DNA from: Alistipes sp.
GTDB lineage: Bacteria > Bacteroidota > Bacteroidia > Bacteroidales > Rikenellaceae
NCBI GenBank assembly: GCA_017559425.1
Contig: JAFYSI010000068.1
Coordinates: forward strand, 1-47,145
Reading direction: 5' to 3'
DNA length: 47,145 bases
Every line of letters begins with the position of its first letter. The first letter of the stretch is position 1. The position numbers and the translations under genes are program-made. Below the pieces are notes generated by a model. That model was not told where the DNA came from, made no database searches, and saw only the letters and a list, made by a program, of their open reading frames with translations. Shown here in pieces: positions 1-10,568 of this stretch.

Positions 1-142
1 CGACGTTGCAGTGTACATCATTCTCAAAAAGGATGATAATCGACTGTGGCTCATTGCCATTTACATCGTGCTGCTCACGACAAGCTCCCATCATCAGTGT
101 ACAGGCTACAAAGACGATCATCACATAGTTCAGAATTTTCAT
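1..142 (-). CDS. 5' end of a 5'-nucleotidase/UDP-sugar hydrolase-like metallophosphoesterase lipoprotein (runs off the window edge)
   Basis: Not in ORF track. Manual translation from ATG 142: MKILNYVMIVFVACTLMMGAC-REQHDVNGNEPQSIIILFENDVHCNV; lipobox-like signal plus hhhh-xNDxH, the first metal-binding motif of calcineurin-like 5'-nucleotidases. Confidence 0.7.
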   Translation of the reverse strand, partial: MKILNYVMIVFVACTLMMGACREQHDVNGNEPQSIIILFENDVHCNV

Positions 143-228
143 ACTCACAAAACTTATTAAGTGTTTTAGCCGAGGGGTGTCACCACCTCAACAAATGATT
201 ATATATCTTCTTTATGACTAATGGGACT

Positions 229-390
229 CTACTTAGCAGCTCTACGCATAGCGTACAACTTGAGATTTCCCAATTCAATGTCGACCTCCTCACGAAGCTC
301 AAAGCCAAAACGGCGGTATAGCTCCACGTTTGATGTCTTAAGGGTCTCGAGGTAGCAACCCTCGAAGGCAGAGAGATGGTTAATATACAT
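229..390 (-). pseudogene. GNAT acetyltransferase C-terminal fragment (53 aa)
   Basis: MYINHLSAFEGCYLETLKTSNVELYRRFGFELREEVDIELGNLKLYAMRRAAK*; YLET...NxxLYxRFGF is the C-terminal GNAT motif; N-terminal half and acetyl-CoA motif A are absent. Confidence 0.6.
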
Positions 391-409
391 TATACCTTAA
401 CGAATTTAA

Positions 410-3400
410 TTACTCTTTGCAAGTGAGCACGATACGAGGAGTCTCTCCATTCATACGATTATAGAGATCATTCAAGTCTATCTGCTCATTAATAAGGTTA
501 TAGACAATTCCATCAGAGTCAGTATAGTAGAAGTCGATATCATCGTCCCTCCAGTCAAACTGGTACTCATCACGCAGGTTGAGCTCAAACTTACCCGCCT
601 CGGTGATTGTTACTACGCCGATTCGAGCACCTGTTCTAAGACGCACAAAGGCCACGAAGGCATCCTTCGGCACTGGTAGCTCCTGACCATTCTTCTTGTA
701 GTAAATCTGACCCGTGATATGCTTTGTGTCGACCGAGAATCGCTTCTCCCAGTATACCACCTCGTCGGTCTGGGAGCTAATCACAATGTCGCCATCGACC
801 GTAATTGCATTCTTCTTGAATGGCAGACACTTACGCTCACCAGCCTGATTCTGCATCACATTCGTCACAAGGCGGCCATACTCGTCATAGCACGATGTCG
901 AGGTATCCGTATTAAACGCAGACACAAAGCCAAATGCTCGCTCGGCCTCACGCGTACGCTCTACAGTATAGATAAAGCGACCAGGGATTGTTGGGTGCTT
1001 ACGCAGCTTGTCAACCTCGAGGCTGGAGTTGTTAGCCTTGAGCCAGTGGGACGGCATACGGAGGTAGTCAATCTCGAGCATTGGAGCGTCGATATAGATC
1101 TCAAACTCCGTTCCGAAGTGCTCGCCAAATGGGTGCACCGAGCGGCCATCCGAGCCCTTGAAGCTGGTGACATCGAACAAGATATCGACCTCCTGACCAG
1201 GCTTATAGCTAAACTCCACATCGTCAACGTTCTCCTGCTGCGAGCCGTGAGTCTCATTGCTAAGAAGCTCATTATCAGCAGGAATTGTCGTCACCACACT
1301 ACCACTGCCACCATCCGAGATCTTTATCTGTGCTGCAAAGCGATATGGGCGGTAGTGTGCCACGTCAAAGATTACGGAGCGGTACTCGTTACCATCGTAC
1401 GTGGTATGATCGTAGGGTGTACCATTTCGATCAACTGTAAATGCGTGGTTATTAAAATGGGTGTTTGAACCCACACGCACCACATCCTTGTTCGATGAGC
1501 TATTCGTAAGCATAAAGATGTTGTACGAGCCATCTGTCTGCAGACCGTATGGATCGGTTGTTGCACGATTGTTGTAGTTGTATGGTCTGAAGGCCATAAC
1601 TCGACCACTTGTGTTCCACATAGCCTCGTTAAAGTGGAGCACCTCGCCCTCCCAAGCAAGATCCTTAATCTCATCATACTGGCCAGGATTATCCTGGAAG
1701 TAGTCGTCGTAGAAGCTAAGAAACTTGGTGTAGATAAGGAACTCATCCTGACTGCTCGACTTTTGGTTTGCAGCGTGGTTGTACGCCTTATACGATCCAT
1801 CGTTCTGTCGTTCCTGCAACATCAGCGTGAAGACTACTGGTGCAGCCTTCTTCTGAGGCACGAGCATATAGTAGAGATCCTCATCGTGGGCATAGTTGAC
1901 ACCATAGTTATGCAGACCATCGACAAACACACGAAGGTGGGTATTATCGTAGCCAGAGAAAATCACAGTCTTGGTAATTGTCTCGAAGAATTCGGCCTCA
2001 ACGTGCACGCTCTCTGTGTCGTTATCCTCGTGCTTAAGGATGGTGTGCATATGCAGACGGTGCTTGCCAGGCTCTGTAACGGTATAGGCATACTTGTAGT
2101 TGATACCCTCCCAGTCAGCACCGAAGTAGCCCTCCTCGCCCTTGATATATACTGGCAACTGCTGTCCCGACTCCGAACGCACGTCGAGGTGGTTGGCTGA
2201 GATGAGCACCGTGAATGGGAAGAGTGCATCGGGGCAGGTCTCTGGGATTGTAAACATCAGCGTAACGTGCTCCTCGGCAACACCAAACACCTGTGCTGAA
2301 ATCCACGAAGGGGTAAAATACTGAGTACGGATGACATATACCGTCACCTTACGTTGCAACTTACCGTGCTTGATAAGCAGCGTACCCACCTGCTGCTCGT
2401 TACCCTCGTACATTGGGTAGAGACGTAGCGTTACAGTACCCTCACCCGTAGATTTGTTGTAGTTGTTGGTGATGGTGTTGTAGGCCACGTTGTTATCAAT
2501 CCACGTCACTGTAGGTGCAGAGTTGCCCTGCTTGGTGTTTGTATACTTATATGAGAATGACCAGTCGGTACCGGCATAGATGTCGCTACTAAGTACATAG
2601 CTTGTCTGCTCGACCCACAATGTCTCTGTGCCGTCCGAGATCTCGTTAACCCACTCGTCGATAGAGATCCAGGCGTTGTTCGACGCAGGTGCTGTGAGTG
2701 CTTGCTCGAAGCTATCCTGACCATAGGTGAGCATACCCGTGATCTGGATGTTGTAGTGGTGGTTGCGGCGAATCATAAAGTTGCTACCATCCGCATTCTG
2801 CATCACGACACGGTAGTACTTGTCATCCTTCTCGGTCTTACCCTTTGCGTGACCCTTGATGATGACGCTAATGAGCTTGTCGCCCGAGTTCTCGCTCTCG
2901 AAGATATAGTCTGCCGACTTGGTGTTGATATCCACGATATCGGACATCAGAGCCTGGTTGTTTGGCAGCGTCACGAAGTCCTCGGTAGACTCCCAATTCT
3001 CCACAAGGTCGAACTTGAGGTTTGGATGGTGCGGTGCTACCGTACCGAAGGCGGGGATGTTGACAGTGCGGAAGCCCGTCACAACAAACTTGTCGGTCTC
3101 CCAATCGTCGATTGTCACCTTTGCCTGGTTACGGATAAGCTTTACGCCGTTGTAGGTAGTGCCATTAATCTCGTATGTCAACTCTTGAAGCTGGTCGTCG
3201 ATAGATCTATCACTCGTTGCATCCATCGCAAAGCGAGACCAATATACGAGCATACCCGAGCCACCCTCCATATTTGCAACAACCATATTCTCGGTCTGTC
3301 CAGGGAAGTCAGAGGCATCGTAGAGACCCGCACTATGGTTTGCTAAGAAGTGGATGATACGCGTGTGGCTTGGCACGACGGCGGTAAACTCACCACTCTC

Positions 3401-3688
3401 CGAGATACCATCCTCAGTCTTACTGCCAGCCACAATCTTAGCTGTCTCAGAACTAATATAGAGGCCAAACTCGTTGAAGCAGAAGAGCGTCATATTGTTT
3501 ACATCCAAACCATCGGGGTCTACAGCACGCGTATCGACCATCGTAGGTGTGGAGATATTGGCCCTAAAACTAATCCTGGTATATCCCTCAGGAACATCGT
3601 CGACCACGGGTGCGATGACAATGTCCTCCCTCACGCACGACACGGCAAAGAGAAGAAAGAGGGTGAATATGTATATGACTCTTTTCAT
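410..3688 (-). CDS. Large ancillary/tip type V pilin-like lipoprotein (1092 aa)
   Basis: Lipobox FAVSC, VDTR/AV processing-type motif, pilin-like LIRNQAKV and IRRNHHYNIQI motifs, long C-terminal extension; last gene of the pilus operon. Confidence 0.75.
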   Translation of the reverse strand: MKRVIYIFTLFLLFAVSCVREDIVIAPVVDDVPEGYTRISFRANISTPTMVDTRAVDPDGLDVNNMTLFCFNEFGLYISSETAKIVAGSKTEDGISESGEFTAVVPSHTRIIHFLANHSAGLYDASDFPGQTENMVVANMEGGSGMLVYWSRFAMDATSDRSIDDQLQELTYEINGTTYNGVKLIRNQAKVTIDDWETDKFVVTGFRTVNIPAFGTVAPHHPNLKFDLVENWESTEDFVTLPNNQALMSDIVDINTKSADYIFESENSGDKLISVIIKGHAKGKTEKDDKYYRVVMQNADGSNFMIRRNHHYNIQITGMLTYGQDSFEQALTAPASNNAWISIDEWVNEISDGTETLWVEQTSYVLSSDIYAGTDWSFSYKYTNTKQGNSAPTVTWIDNNVAYNTITNNYNKSTGEGTVTLRLYPMYEGNEQQVGTLLIKHGKLQRKVTVYVIRTQYFTPSWISAQVFGVAEEHVTLMFTIPETCPDALFPFTVLISANHLDVRSESGQQLPVYIKGEEGYFGADWEGINYKYAYTVTEPGKHRLHMHTILKHEDNDTESVHVEAEFFETITKTVIFSGYDNTHLRVFVDGLHNYGVNYAHDEDLYYMLVPQKKAAPVVFTLMLQERQNDGSYKAYNHAANQKSSSQDEFLIYTKFLSFYDDYFQDNPGQYDEIKDLAWEGEVLHFNEAMWNTSGRVMAFRPYNYNNRATTDPYGLQTDGSYNIFMLTNSSSNKDVVRVGSNTHFNNHAFTVDRNGTPYDHTTYDGNEYRSVIFDVAHYRPYRFAAQIKISDGGSGSVVTTIPADNELLSNETHGSQQENVDDVEFSYKPGQEVDILFDVTSFKGSDGRSVHPFGEHFGTEFEIYIDAPMLEIDYLRMPSHWLKANNSSLEVDKLRKHPTIPGRFIYTVERTREAERAFGFVSAFNTDTSTSCYDEYGRLVTNVMQNQAGERKCLPFKKNAITVDGDIVISSQTDEVVYWEKRFSVDTKHITGQIYYKKNGQELPVPKDAFVAFVRLRTGARIGVVTITEAGKFELNLRDEYQFDWRDDDIDFYYTDSDGIVYNLINEQIDLNDLYNRMNGETPRIVLTCKE

Positions 3689-3700
3689 ATTGTCTCAAAT

Positions 3701-6073
3701 TTAAAAGGCATCACGCACACAGCGGATAGCCACGCCAGAAGCCTGCATAGGGTCTTTAAGCTCCGTGGTGCTATCTGTATTCTTTGGGTTGAAGACTGGT
3801 CCACTCGCACTCATATAGTAACCACCATTGAGCAGGAAGTCGATAGCATCGGCATCCTGACCATCAGTACCCTGAATCTGCATAATAATCTTAAGCTCCG
3901 CCTCGGTAGGAAGTCGCCAGTTGTCGTAGACAATAACGGGATCTTTGCCATCGTCGTTAACATCGTCGACCTCTACATAGTTCTTGCAGTGGTCCGCAAA
4001 GACGATAAGTTTCTGTTCATTCGACAATTTGGACAAATTACTATAAGTCGAGAGCACAGCGCCCAAACGCGAAGCGATAACAAACGATGGTGATACAAGC
4101 TTTGAATTTTCTGCATCACTTGCTGTGTAGCCATACTCATCCAACGCAGGGCGAGCAAGCGTATAGTCGCCCGACGAGGCCATCATACGAACGTGGTAGT
4201 TACGAACGTTATGGGTCTCGCAGCTCGATGTGCTCTTCGTCCACTTTTTGCTCTTATATGTAAAGAAGTAGTAGTTGATAGCGTACTTCTCGCTGTTATT
4301 CTGCTTGTTGCCTCGAACCTTTGATACAGTCCAACCAGTACCACCGTTACTTGAGCTCGACGCGGCACTCGTATAGGTATATTTCACCGTCTTTGTGTTT
4401 ACATCGACATTATCTATCGTATAGATACTAACAATATGGTCACCATCATACTGATAGGTTGTTGGCAGGTCTCCCGAAGTGGTGCTTGTACTAACATTTC
4501 CAGTCCACTTATGGCCTCCCGTAGTTCGATAGTAGTAATCATCACGATAGGAGTACCAGGGCAAGCCGTTGGTAATGTAGATAAGTGGGTACTGCTCCAC
4601 GTCGATAATTTCGCTAAGACCCTCCTGGTTGGTTACCATAATTTGGAAGTAGCGGATAGTATTGTTGGTAGGGACGGGACTATGCACCGAGATATTTCCC
4701 GATGTAGAGCCCGACTCGGTAGAGCCATAGATATTTTTCTGCTCGTTTGTGGAGAGCGTAATCTTGTTGTTATACTTATTGTAGTAATAAGCACTGCCCG
4801 AAACAAGAGTAACTGTCACTGGCGACGACGATGAGAAGTAGAGCGACGAGTTATCATCGGCAATATTGTACATATACAACTTTTCCTTATTGACCTTCAG
4901 GTACTTAACGGTATTCTCGCCCGTAACCTCAAAGTCGATCTTCTCCCAAGGTGCGGTGAAGTAGTTGATATTCTTGATATCCTCAGGCTCGTTAAAGTCC
5001 TCTGCACCAGGGGCATTGAGCGTAATGCGTAGGTCGTAGTAGGTATTACGCTTGATATAGTGGTAGGTACCCTCGTCCTTACTAAACGATATCTGATAGT
5101 AGTTGTTGATATACTCAGCACCATCGTACTCAAGCGGCAGCATAATAACCACCGACGTACCATCCTCGAAGGCTTTGTCCTTCTCCCAAGAGTGCGAGTA
5201 GCAGTAGAGCGTAATATTCACCTGATAGTTCTCTCCGCCATTGATAGGGACAATCTCGAAATATGGGGTCTGCGAGATTGACGACGACTGCCAATAGGGG
5301 TTAGCACCAGAGTTGGTCAGCGGATAGCCACCCTCAGCCGTGAGTGTGGAGCGGATAGGCATATTACGCACCATATAACCATTCGACAGGGCCATAAGCT
5401 GTGGGGTGAACCTCACCATATCGCCAGGAGTAATAGAGATATGCACCTTGGCAGCAGCACGACGCAGCGTAACCTTGATAGTCACATCCTCGCCAGTATT
5501 AGGGTCGTTGATAACGATATTTTTAGCTGTCGTAGGCTCCTTCTCGTCCATATATGCTATGCCATCCATCAAGAACATCTGAGGATAGATAGAACCCTCC
5601 ACGCCAAACTCAATGCCTGAGAGGTGGATGTAGTTATCCGTCTGGTCGAGCTTAATAAAGGTGCTGTAATCGAGTACCTTGCCACTTGCATCGTAGTATG
5701 CCGAGATAGGCAGCGTGCTGTTGGCAATAACAAAGAAGCGGTAGGCGGCACCCTCCTCGAAGTCACGCTTTGTCTTGCCAATAGAGACCTTGCCCGTAGG
5801 TGTTGACGACACCTTGATACGCTCAGCGTGGAAAGGCTCGTACTGCTTATCGCCACCTACATACTTATAAATCACCACGTCGAAGTGGCTCAAGTATGCC
5901 TCATACTCGTTGTCGTCCACCTCGCCACGTGTACCCACGCCAGGGGTCTTGAAGTAGAGCGTGACATAGTTCTTGTCGTCAAACGTTGCGTCGTCGTCGA
6001 ACATAGTTGTGCACGACACCGCCACGAGCGACATCACCAACAAGGCAAAAATATGTAGTATTCTATCTTTCAT
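3701..6073 (-). CDS. Tip pilin-like lipoprotein with C-terminal C-type-lectin-like domain (790 aa)
   Basis: Lipobox VAVSC, GTR/GE, TLRRAAAKV, IKRNTYYDLRI; C-terminus NWRLPTEAEL...AIRCVRDAF typical of CLec-fold (DUF1566/Fib_succ_major-like) domains. Confidence 0.75.
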   Translation of the reverse strand: MKDRILHIFALLVMSLVAVSCTTMFDDDATFDDKNYVTLYFKTPGVGTRGEVDDNEYEAYLSHFDVVIYKYVGGDKQYEPFHAERIKVSSTPTGKVSIGKTKRDFEEGAAYRFFVIANSTLPISAYYDASGKVLDYSTFIKLDQTDNYIHLSGIEFGVEGSIYPQMFLMDGIAYMDEKEPTTAKNIVINDPNTGEDVTIKVTLRRAAAKVHISITPGDMVRFTPQLMALSNGYMVRNMPIRSTLTAEGGYPLTNSGANPYWQSSSISQTPYFEIVPINGGENYQVNITLYCYSHSWEKDKAFEDGTSVVIMLPLEYDGAEYINNYYQISFSKDEGTYHYIKRNTYYDLRITLNAPGAEDFNEPEDIKNINYFTAPWEKIDFEVTGENTVKYLKVNKEKLYMYNIADDNSSLYFSSSSPVTVTLVSGSAYYYNKYNNKITLSTNEQKNIYGSTESGSTSGNISVHSPVPTNNTIRYFQIMVTNQEGLSEIIDVEQYPLIYITNGLPWYSYRDDYYYRTTGGHKWTGNVSTSTTSGDLPTTYQYDGDHIVSIYTIDNVDVNTKTVKYTYTSAASSSSNGGTGWTVSKVRGNKQNNSEKYAINYYFFTYKSKKWTKSTSSCETHNVRNYHVRMMASSGDYTLARPALDEYGYTASDAENSKLVSPSFVIASRLGAVLSTYSNLSKLSNEQKLIVFADHCKNYVEVDDVNDDGKDPVIVYDNWRLPTEAELKIIMQIQGTDGQDADAIDFLLNGGYYMSASGPVFNPKNTDSTTELKDPMQASGVAIRCVRDAF

Positions 6074-6082
6074 ACACTATCA

Positions 6083-7708
6083 TTACTCTTCGTTTGAGCT
6101 CGCTACAGCCGAGACGTGTCGGATGTTGATAATCTTAGGGTTGGTACCGCTATTTGGCCATCTGATATTACTATACTCGCCATTTACAAATAGGTTGATA
6201 TACTGGTCGGTCCACTTCTGATAATACGAGACACCAAACTCGATTGACGTGTTATCCTCGCCATCAGCACTCTTAGGGAATACCACAATGTGGAACCATT
6301 CGCCATCCTTACAATAAGAGAGGTTACCTTGCTTATCTTTGTCTTCAGTATCAAAGAGCAACACTGAGGACTGAACAAGATTCTTATCAACCTTGTAAAC
6401 ACGAATCTGATAGTTCTCCTTAGAGCCCATAAATACTGGCTTCCACTGGACATCTTGAGGTTTTGTAATCTGGAAGTAGCAGTGGAAACCACCCGCCTCG
6501 AGATTATCTTTACCGCCGTAGTACATCGTAGGCTCCTGCTTAATCACATAGCTTGCCTGCTTATCACCAGCAAGGGTCAAGAACTCGTATGGCACAACAG
6601 GGTTGTGGTATGTTGGGTAGGCCAACTCGTGCTCCTCGTACTCAGCACCATCACCCCAATCCTCTGTTACCCAGTTAGCCACAGTGTAGTCGAGCACAAG
6701 GCTTGAGCCAGCGATGCTCAGAATCTCGAATTCGTAGATATGGTTACGCACGATGTTGTAGTTGCTATCATCCTCAGGAGCACCGTCACGATAGTTGCAG
6801 AACGATATAGCATCCTCGAAGTACTTTGCCTCGCCCGCAACTGTAAACTCAAGGCTAATCTTATTACGCTCGCCCGCATAGTTAATATTATCGTACTCAG
6901 TGACATAGACATAGTAGTCACCCGTCGTCTCGTCCTTGATAAGCGGCATATTCACAGCGGCGTGGCGGTAGATTCTGAAGCAGTTCTCCTGGTCGAGCTT
7001 CTTGGTGTCGCTCACCTGCGACCAGCCACCCGGAAGCACATAGCCAGTCTGGTTGTAGTACTTGAGGGTTGCCGAGTTAATCGTTGTGCCAGCCTCCTTG
7101 AGTGTCTCCGAGAGCTTCACCTCGACCTTTGCAGCGGCACGCAGTAGCGACACATCGCCGATATCGAGGTTACCGCGAGTGTAGAGAGGCGAGACATCGA
7201 CCTGCTTAACGCCCCACATAGGTATTGCCGCCTCGGCTGCTGCAGGGTCGAGCTGCGTATGGCTATAGGTGATATACTCCTCGCCACTTAGGTTGTCCAA
7301 GCAGTTGACAAGCACCATAAAGCGGTATTTCCTATTATCTGGATCGCTATTAGCATTTATATGATCCAAGACCTCGCGAGGTAGCTGTCCCATAAACTGG
7401 AACTCGGTATGTTTCTCATTTATAGGCCAGTAGTCGAGCTCGTCGATGACTCCAACACGCTCACCCTCTGCGGTGAATACCACCATACGCAGATTCTCAG
7501 GCACGATGCGGTAGTCGAAAGGCACACCCGCCTGCGAGGGGTACTCCTCCTCCCACGCAGCACGCGTATGCTGACCACTGAGCGAGACTGTAAACATCAC
7601 GCCATACTGCTTGTCGGTAGATATGACGCATCGCTCCGCATCGAAAATGCACGATGCAGCGAGGATGCTCACGACAAGCAATAGTAGATATTTTACAGCT
7701 CCTTTCAC
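6083..7708 (-). CDS. Ancillary type V pilin-like lipoprotein (541 aa)
   Basis: Lipobox LAASC, HTR/AA, IPMWG, SLLRAAAKVEV, IVRNHIYEFEI motifs of Bacteroidales minor pilins. Confidence 0.75.
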   Translation of the reverse strand: MKGAVKYLLLLVVSILAASCIFDAERCVISTDKQYGVMFTVSLSGQHTRAAWEEEYPSQAGVPFDYRIVPENLRMVVFTAEGERVGVIDELDYWPINEKHTEFQFMGQLPREVLDHINANSDPDNRKYRFMVLVNCLDNLSGEEYITYSHTQLDPAAAEAAIPMWGVKQVDVSPLYTRGNLDIGDVSLLRAAAKVEVKLSETLKEAGTTINSATLKYYNQTGYVLPGGWSQVSDTKKLDQENCFRIYRHAAVNMPLIKDETTGDYYVYVTEYDNINYAGERNKISLEFTVAGEAKYFEDAISFCNYRDGAPEDDSNYNIVRNHIYEFEILSIAGSSLVLDYTVANWVTEDWGDGAEYEEHELAYPTYHNPVVPYEFLTLAGDKQASYVIKQEPTMYYGGKDNLEAGGFHCYFQITKPQDVQWKPVFMGSKENYQIRVYKVDKNLVQSSVLLFDTEDKDKQGNLSYCKDGEWFHIVVFPKSADGEDNTSIEFGVSYYQKWTDQYINLFVNGEYSNIRWPNSGTNPKIINIRHVSAVASSNEE

Positions 7709-7726
7709 CCTATGTTTACATATATA

Positions 7727-8764
7727 TTATTTCAGGCCCGTGTCATTGAGCACCACTCTCCACGAGTTGATGTAGATGACTGAGCTCACCCACTCTCCCT
7801 CGTCGAGGAAGAGGGTCATAGTATACTCATCTTGGCGGTCAAGATACTCCTGATCGCTCATATCCTTTCTGTAGTAGCCCTTCACAAGCAGAGCATAGTC
7901 GGCCAATGGGAGGCGTACAAGCTCCTCGCCCGTCTCGCGACTCTTGATGTGAAGTATTGGCGACTTGTCGGCACGCATACGGCCGATGGTGAGCTCTGCG
8001 AGAGCCACATTTACCTCCGTCACGGTGCGTGATGCATACTCCTCCATATCGGCAGAGCCAGTTGTCTGATACCACGCCGAGTAGGTTATCATCTCATCGT
8101 TGAGCAGGGTGTTGTCCCAGTCGTAGAGGCCGTTGCTGTCACGAATCTCGAAGAGAAACTTGTCGGCATCGACATCGTGTCCCGACATCTCGTGCAGAAG
8201 TATGCGTACGGAGTTTGTATCTTTTGCAAGCGACATTGTCTCGGTGTAGGTGCCAGGCTTGTCTGTCACCTCGAGAGGCAGTGTGCCGTGAAATAGTGGT
8301 AGGAGGTCGTCGCTGACTGTTGCCTCGCCCGCGTCATTATGCTGGCGATGCATCATCACCTGCATCTCCTCAAGTTTTGTTGTACCAATCTTGGCGTCGG
8401 CAAGGAGGTCGAACGACTCCTCGTTCATCAGTCCGCCCCACGCCAGGAGCGTATATCTTCCAGGCTCGAGCTCGAGGGGTATCTCGAATGATCCCGACGA
8501 TAGTGCCTGCTTATCGGTGGTGGTGATGGTGTCGACCAAGATGTTGTCGTGGTCGAAGATGTAGAGTGCGACGGAGTTCACCTCGTTGGCAAAGGCGTCA
8601 GCAAACTTTATGTTGTAGTCATACTTGAAGCGTATGCGGTAGTATATTCCGCAGTCGCCCTCTCCATCGAAGATTAGCCCACTCTTGCACGAAGACGTCG
8701 CCAGCATCGCCACCACCATTGCCGATGCGAGAAGAAGTCTACGAATGATATGCACTCTATTCAT
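7727..8764 (-). CDS. FimB/Mfa2 family anchor pilin
   Basis: Lipobox ATSSC, DGEGDC...FKYDYN.KFADAF..EV.SV.LYIFD, QEYLDRQDEY and C-terminal IYINSWRVV, characteristic of FimB/Mfa2. Confidence 0.85.
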   Translation of the reverse strand: MNRVHIIRRLLLASAMVVAMLATSSCKSGLIFDGEGDCGIYYRIRFKYDYNIKFADAFANEVNSVALYIFDHDNILVDTITTTDKQALSSGSFEIPLELEPGRYTLLAWGGLMNEESFDLLADAKIGTTKLEEMQVMMHRQHNDAGEATVSDDLLPLFHGTLPLEVTDKPGTYTETMSLAKDTNSVRILLHEMSGHDVDADKFLFEIRDSNGLYDWDNTLLNDEMITYSAWYQTTGSADMEEYASRTVTEVNVALAELTIGRMRADKSPILHIKSRETGEELVRLPLADYALLVKGYYRKDMSDQEYLDRQDEYTMTLFLDEGEWVSSVIYINSWRVVLNDTGLK

Positions 8765-8813
8765 TTTTAATGTTGTTTGTTGTGTGTGGGTATTACCCCA
8801 ATTTAATTTTATA

Positions 8814-8847
8814 AAGGGGCCGTCGAGCAGCCGCCAGGCGACCCCTT
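8814..8847 (-). terminator. GC-rich hairpin between major pilins and anchor/minor pilin genes (partial terminator or mRNA stabiliser)
   Basis: AAGGGGCCGTCG...GGCGACCCCTT inverted repeat, followed by an AT-rich run on the minus strand. Confidence 0.6.
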
Positions 8848-8858
8848 AAAGCAGATTA

Positions 8859-10550
8859 TTACTGAACGATATCTACGCCCTGCTTAACAACCTTCCAAGA
8901 GAGAACGTTGATACGAGCAGCAACGTAAGATGCCTCGTCCTCAGTTGGGAACTCAGGCTTGAGGAAACCAATATCACCGCTAAATACAGGTGAGCCATAA
9001 CCCTTAATAGACTGAATATCAATCTGGTAAACGTGGTTACGAACTACGCCATACTTTGCAGCAGCAGTACCGAGGTGCTCAATATCTACAGTGTAGTATG
9101 TCATACCGTTTGCATAGAGCAATGCTGGCTCAACACTCTTAAGATATGAATTTGTTGCAGTCTTATTTGCATCACTATCAATGGCACCCAATGGCTGGTA
9201 ACCATTTGCTGAACTATACTGATACCAAGTCTTTGACTGACCTGCAGTTGAAAGCTGGAAACCAACCTCGTATGCTTGTGCACCTACTGTAGCACCAGCA
9301 ACACACTCGATATCATCTTGAGTAATGGATGCAAATGACTTACCATCTGCAGAAGAGTACAATGTGTACTTAAGTGAGTTAGCAACAGCTATTCTCAAAG
9401 CCTCGTTGCCAGCATACTCAGTACCATACCAACGAGCAAGCTCAAGTGTAGAATAACCACCCTCTGCATCACTATCAGCCTTTACAAGCTGACCCTTAAG
9501 GATTACCTTTGTGCGATAATCTACAGTTGTATTCTCACCGCAGTAAGTGTATGTATCCTCTGCATAGTTAGCAGAGTCTGCAACCTTGAAACCATAAGCT
9601 GTTGGGAAAACATCATCTGTATATGACCAAGAGAACTTATCATTAGGGTTACCATCCTGAGAATCAGCCCAGTAGCAACGATAGTAAGGAATATCGTTCC
9701 AAGTAAGACCCAAAGTTGTTACATTCCAAGTTGGATCGATATTCTTAAGAAGATTTGTTGTGCTGTAATCGTTGTAAAGCTCCCAACCGAGAAGTTTTAC
9801 ATATACATCAATATTAGATGTATCTCCAACAGCAACAATAGGTATTGTATCCTTCTGTGTGTCATAGATGCTGTTACCGGCAACTACGACCTTAGCAGCG
9901 ATACGCTCTACATAAATCTCCACAGGAGCAGCGATAGCTTCTTCCTCAGAAGTCTTGATGTTAGCTGCTGTAAGAGGCACTGCATCAACTACCTTACCTG
10001 CACCATCCATATATACAGAGTTGCTCATCACATAGCCATCAGAGTCGTTGCCAAGATTTGCAAGCTCATCGTGAAGCTCTGCCAAAGAGTATGCTCTATC
10101 AGCTGGAGTCCAGTTAAGAACAGCAACAATCTTGCTTGGATATACACCCTTATATGTTTTCAACACCAATACAGCCTCCTTAATATCAGATACGTTAGGC
10201 ATAGCAGATGTTGTAGCCTCGCTGATTGTAAGAGCCATATGGTTCTTGTTGCCACCAGGAGCAGTAGCAGGTGCACCATTTACATTGAATGGATTACCAT
10301 TCTCATCAAAGAAGAAGAAGTAAGCAGAGTTAATCTTACGCTCTGCCTCAGTGCCCAACTCATAGCCGTACTCATCAGCGTTACCAATATCATCAGTAAC
10401 TGCGCGTGAGTCTACATCGGCAGCCATAAGGTTGATGGCGATATAAGACTCCTCCAACTCAGCGTTCTGGATAGGAGCGTTATCCTCGCCCTTCTCCGTA
10501 CAAGCAGCGAAACCAAGAGCTGCAAGAGCTATAAATAAATACTTTTTCAT
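8859..10550 (-). CDS. Mfa1-like major fimbrial subunit, paralog 3 (563 aa)
   Basis: Lipobox GFAAC, DSR/AV, YVMSNSVY, IYVERIAAKV, YYRCYWA, YGVVRNHVYQIDI, C-terminal strand ARINVLSWKVVKQGVDI. Confidence 0.85.
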   Translation of the reverse strand: MKKYLFIALAALGFAACTEKGEDNAPIQNAELEESYIAINLMAADVDSRAVTDDIGNADEYGYELGTEAERKINSAYFFFFDENGNPFNVNGAPATAPGGNKNHMALTISEATTSAMPNVSDIKEAVLVLKTYKGVYPSKIVAVLNWTPADRAYSLAELHDELANLGNDSDGYVMSNSVYMDGAGKVVDAVPLTAANIKTSEEEAIAAPVEIYVERIAAKVVVAGNSIYDTQKDTIPIVAVGDTSNIDVYVKLLGWELYNDYSTTNLLKNIDPTWNVTTLGLTWNDIPYYRCYWADSQDGNPNDKFSWSYTDDVFPTAYGFKVADSANYAEDTYTYCGENTTVDYRTKVILKGQLVKADSDAEGGYSTLELARWYGTEYAGNEALRIAVANSLKYTLYSSADGKSFASITQDDIECVAGATVGAQAYEVGFQLSTAGQSKTWYQYSSANGYQPLGAIDSDANKTATNSYLKSVEPALLYANGMTYYTVDIEHLGTAAAKYGVVRNHVYQIDIQSIKGYGSPVFSGDIGFLKPEFPTEDEASYVAARINVLSWKVVKQGVDIVQ

Positions 10551-10568
10551 ATCGGTTTCTTAATTAAT

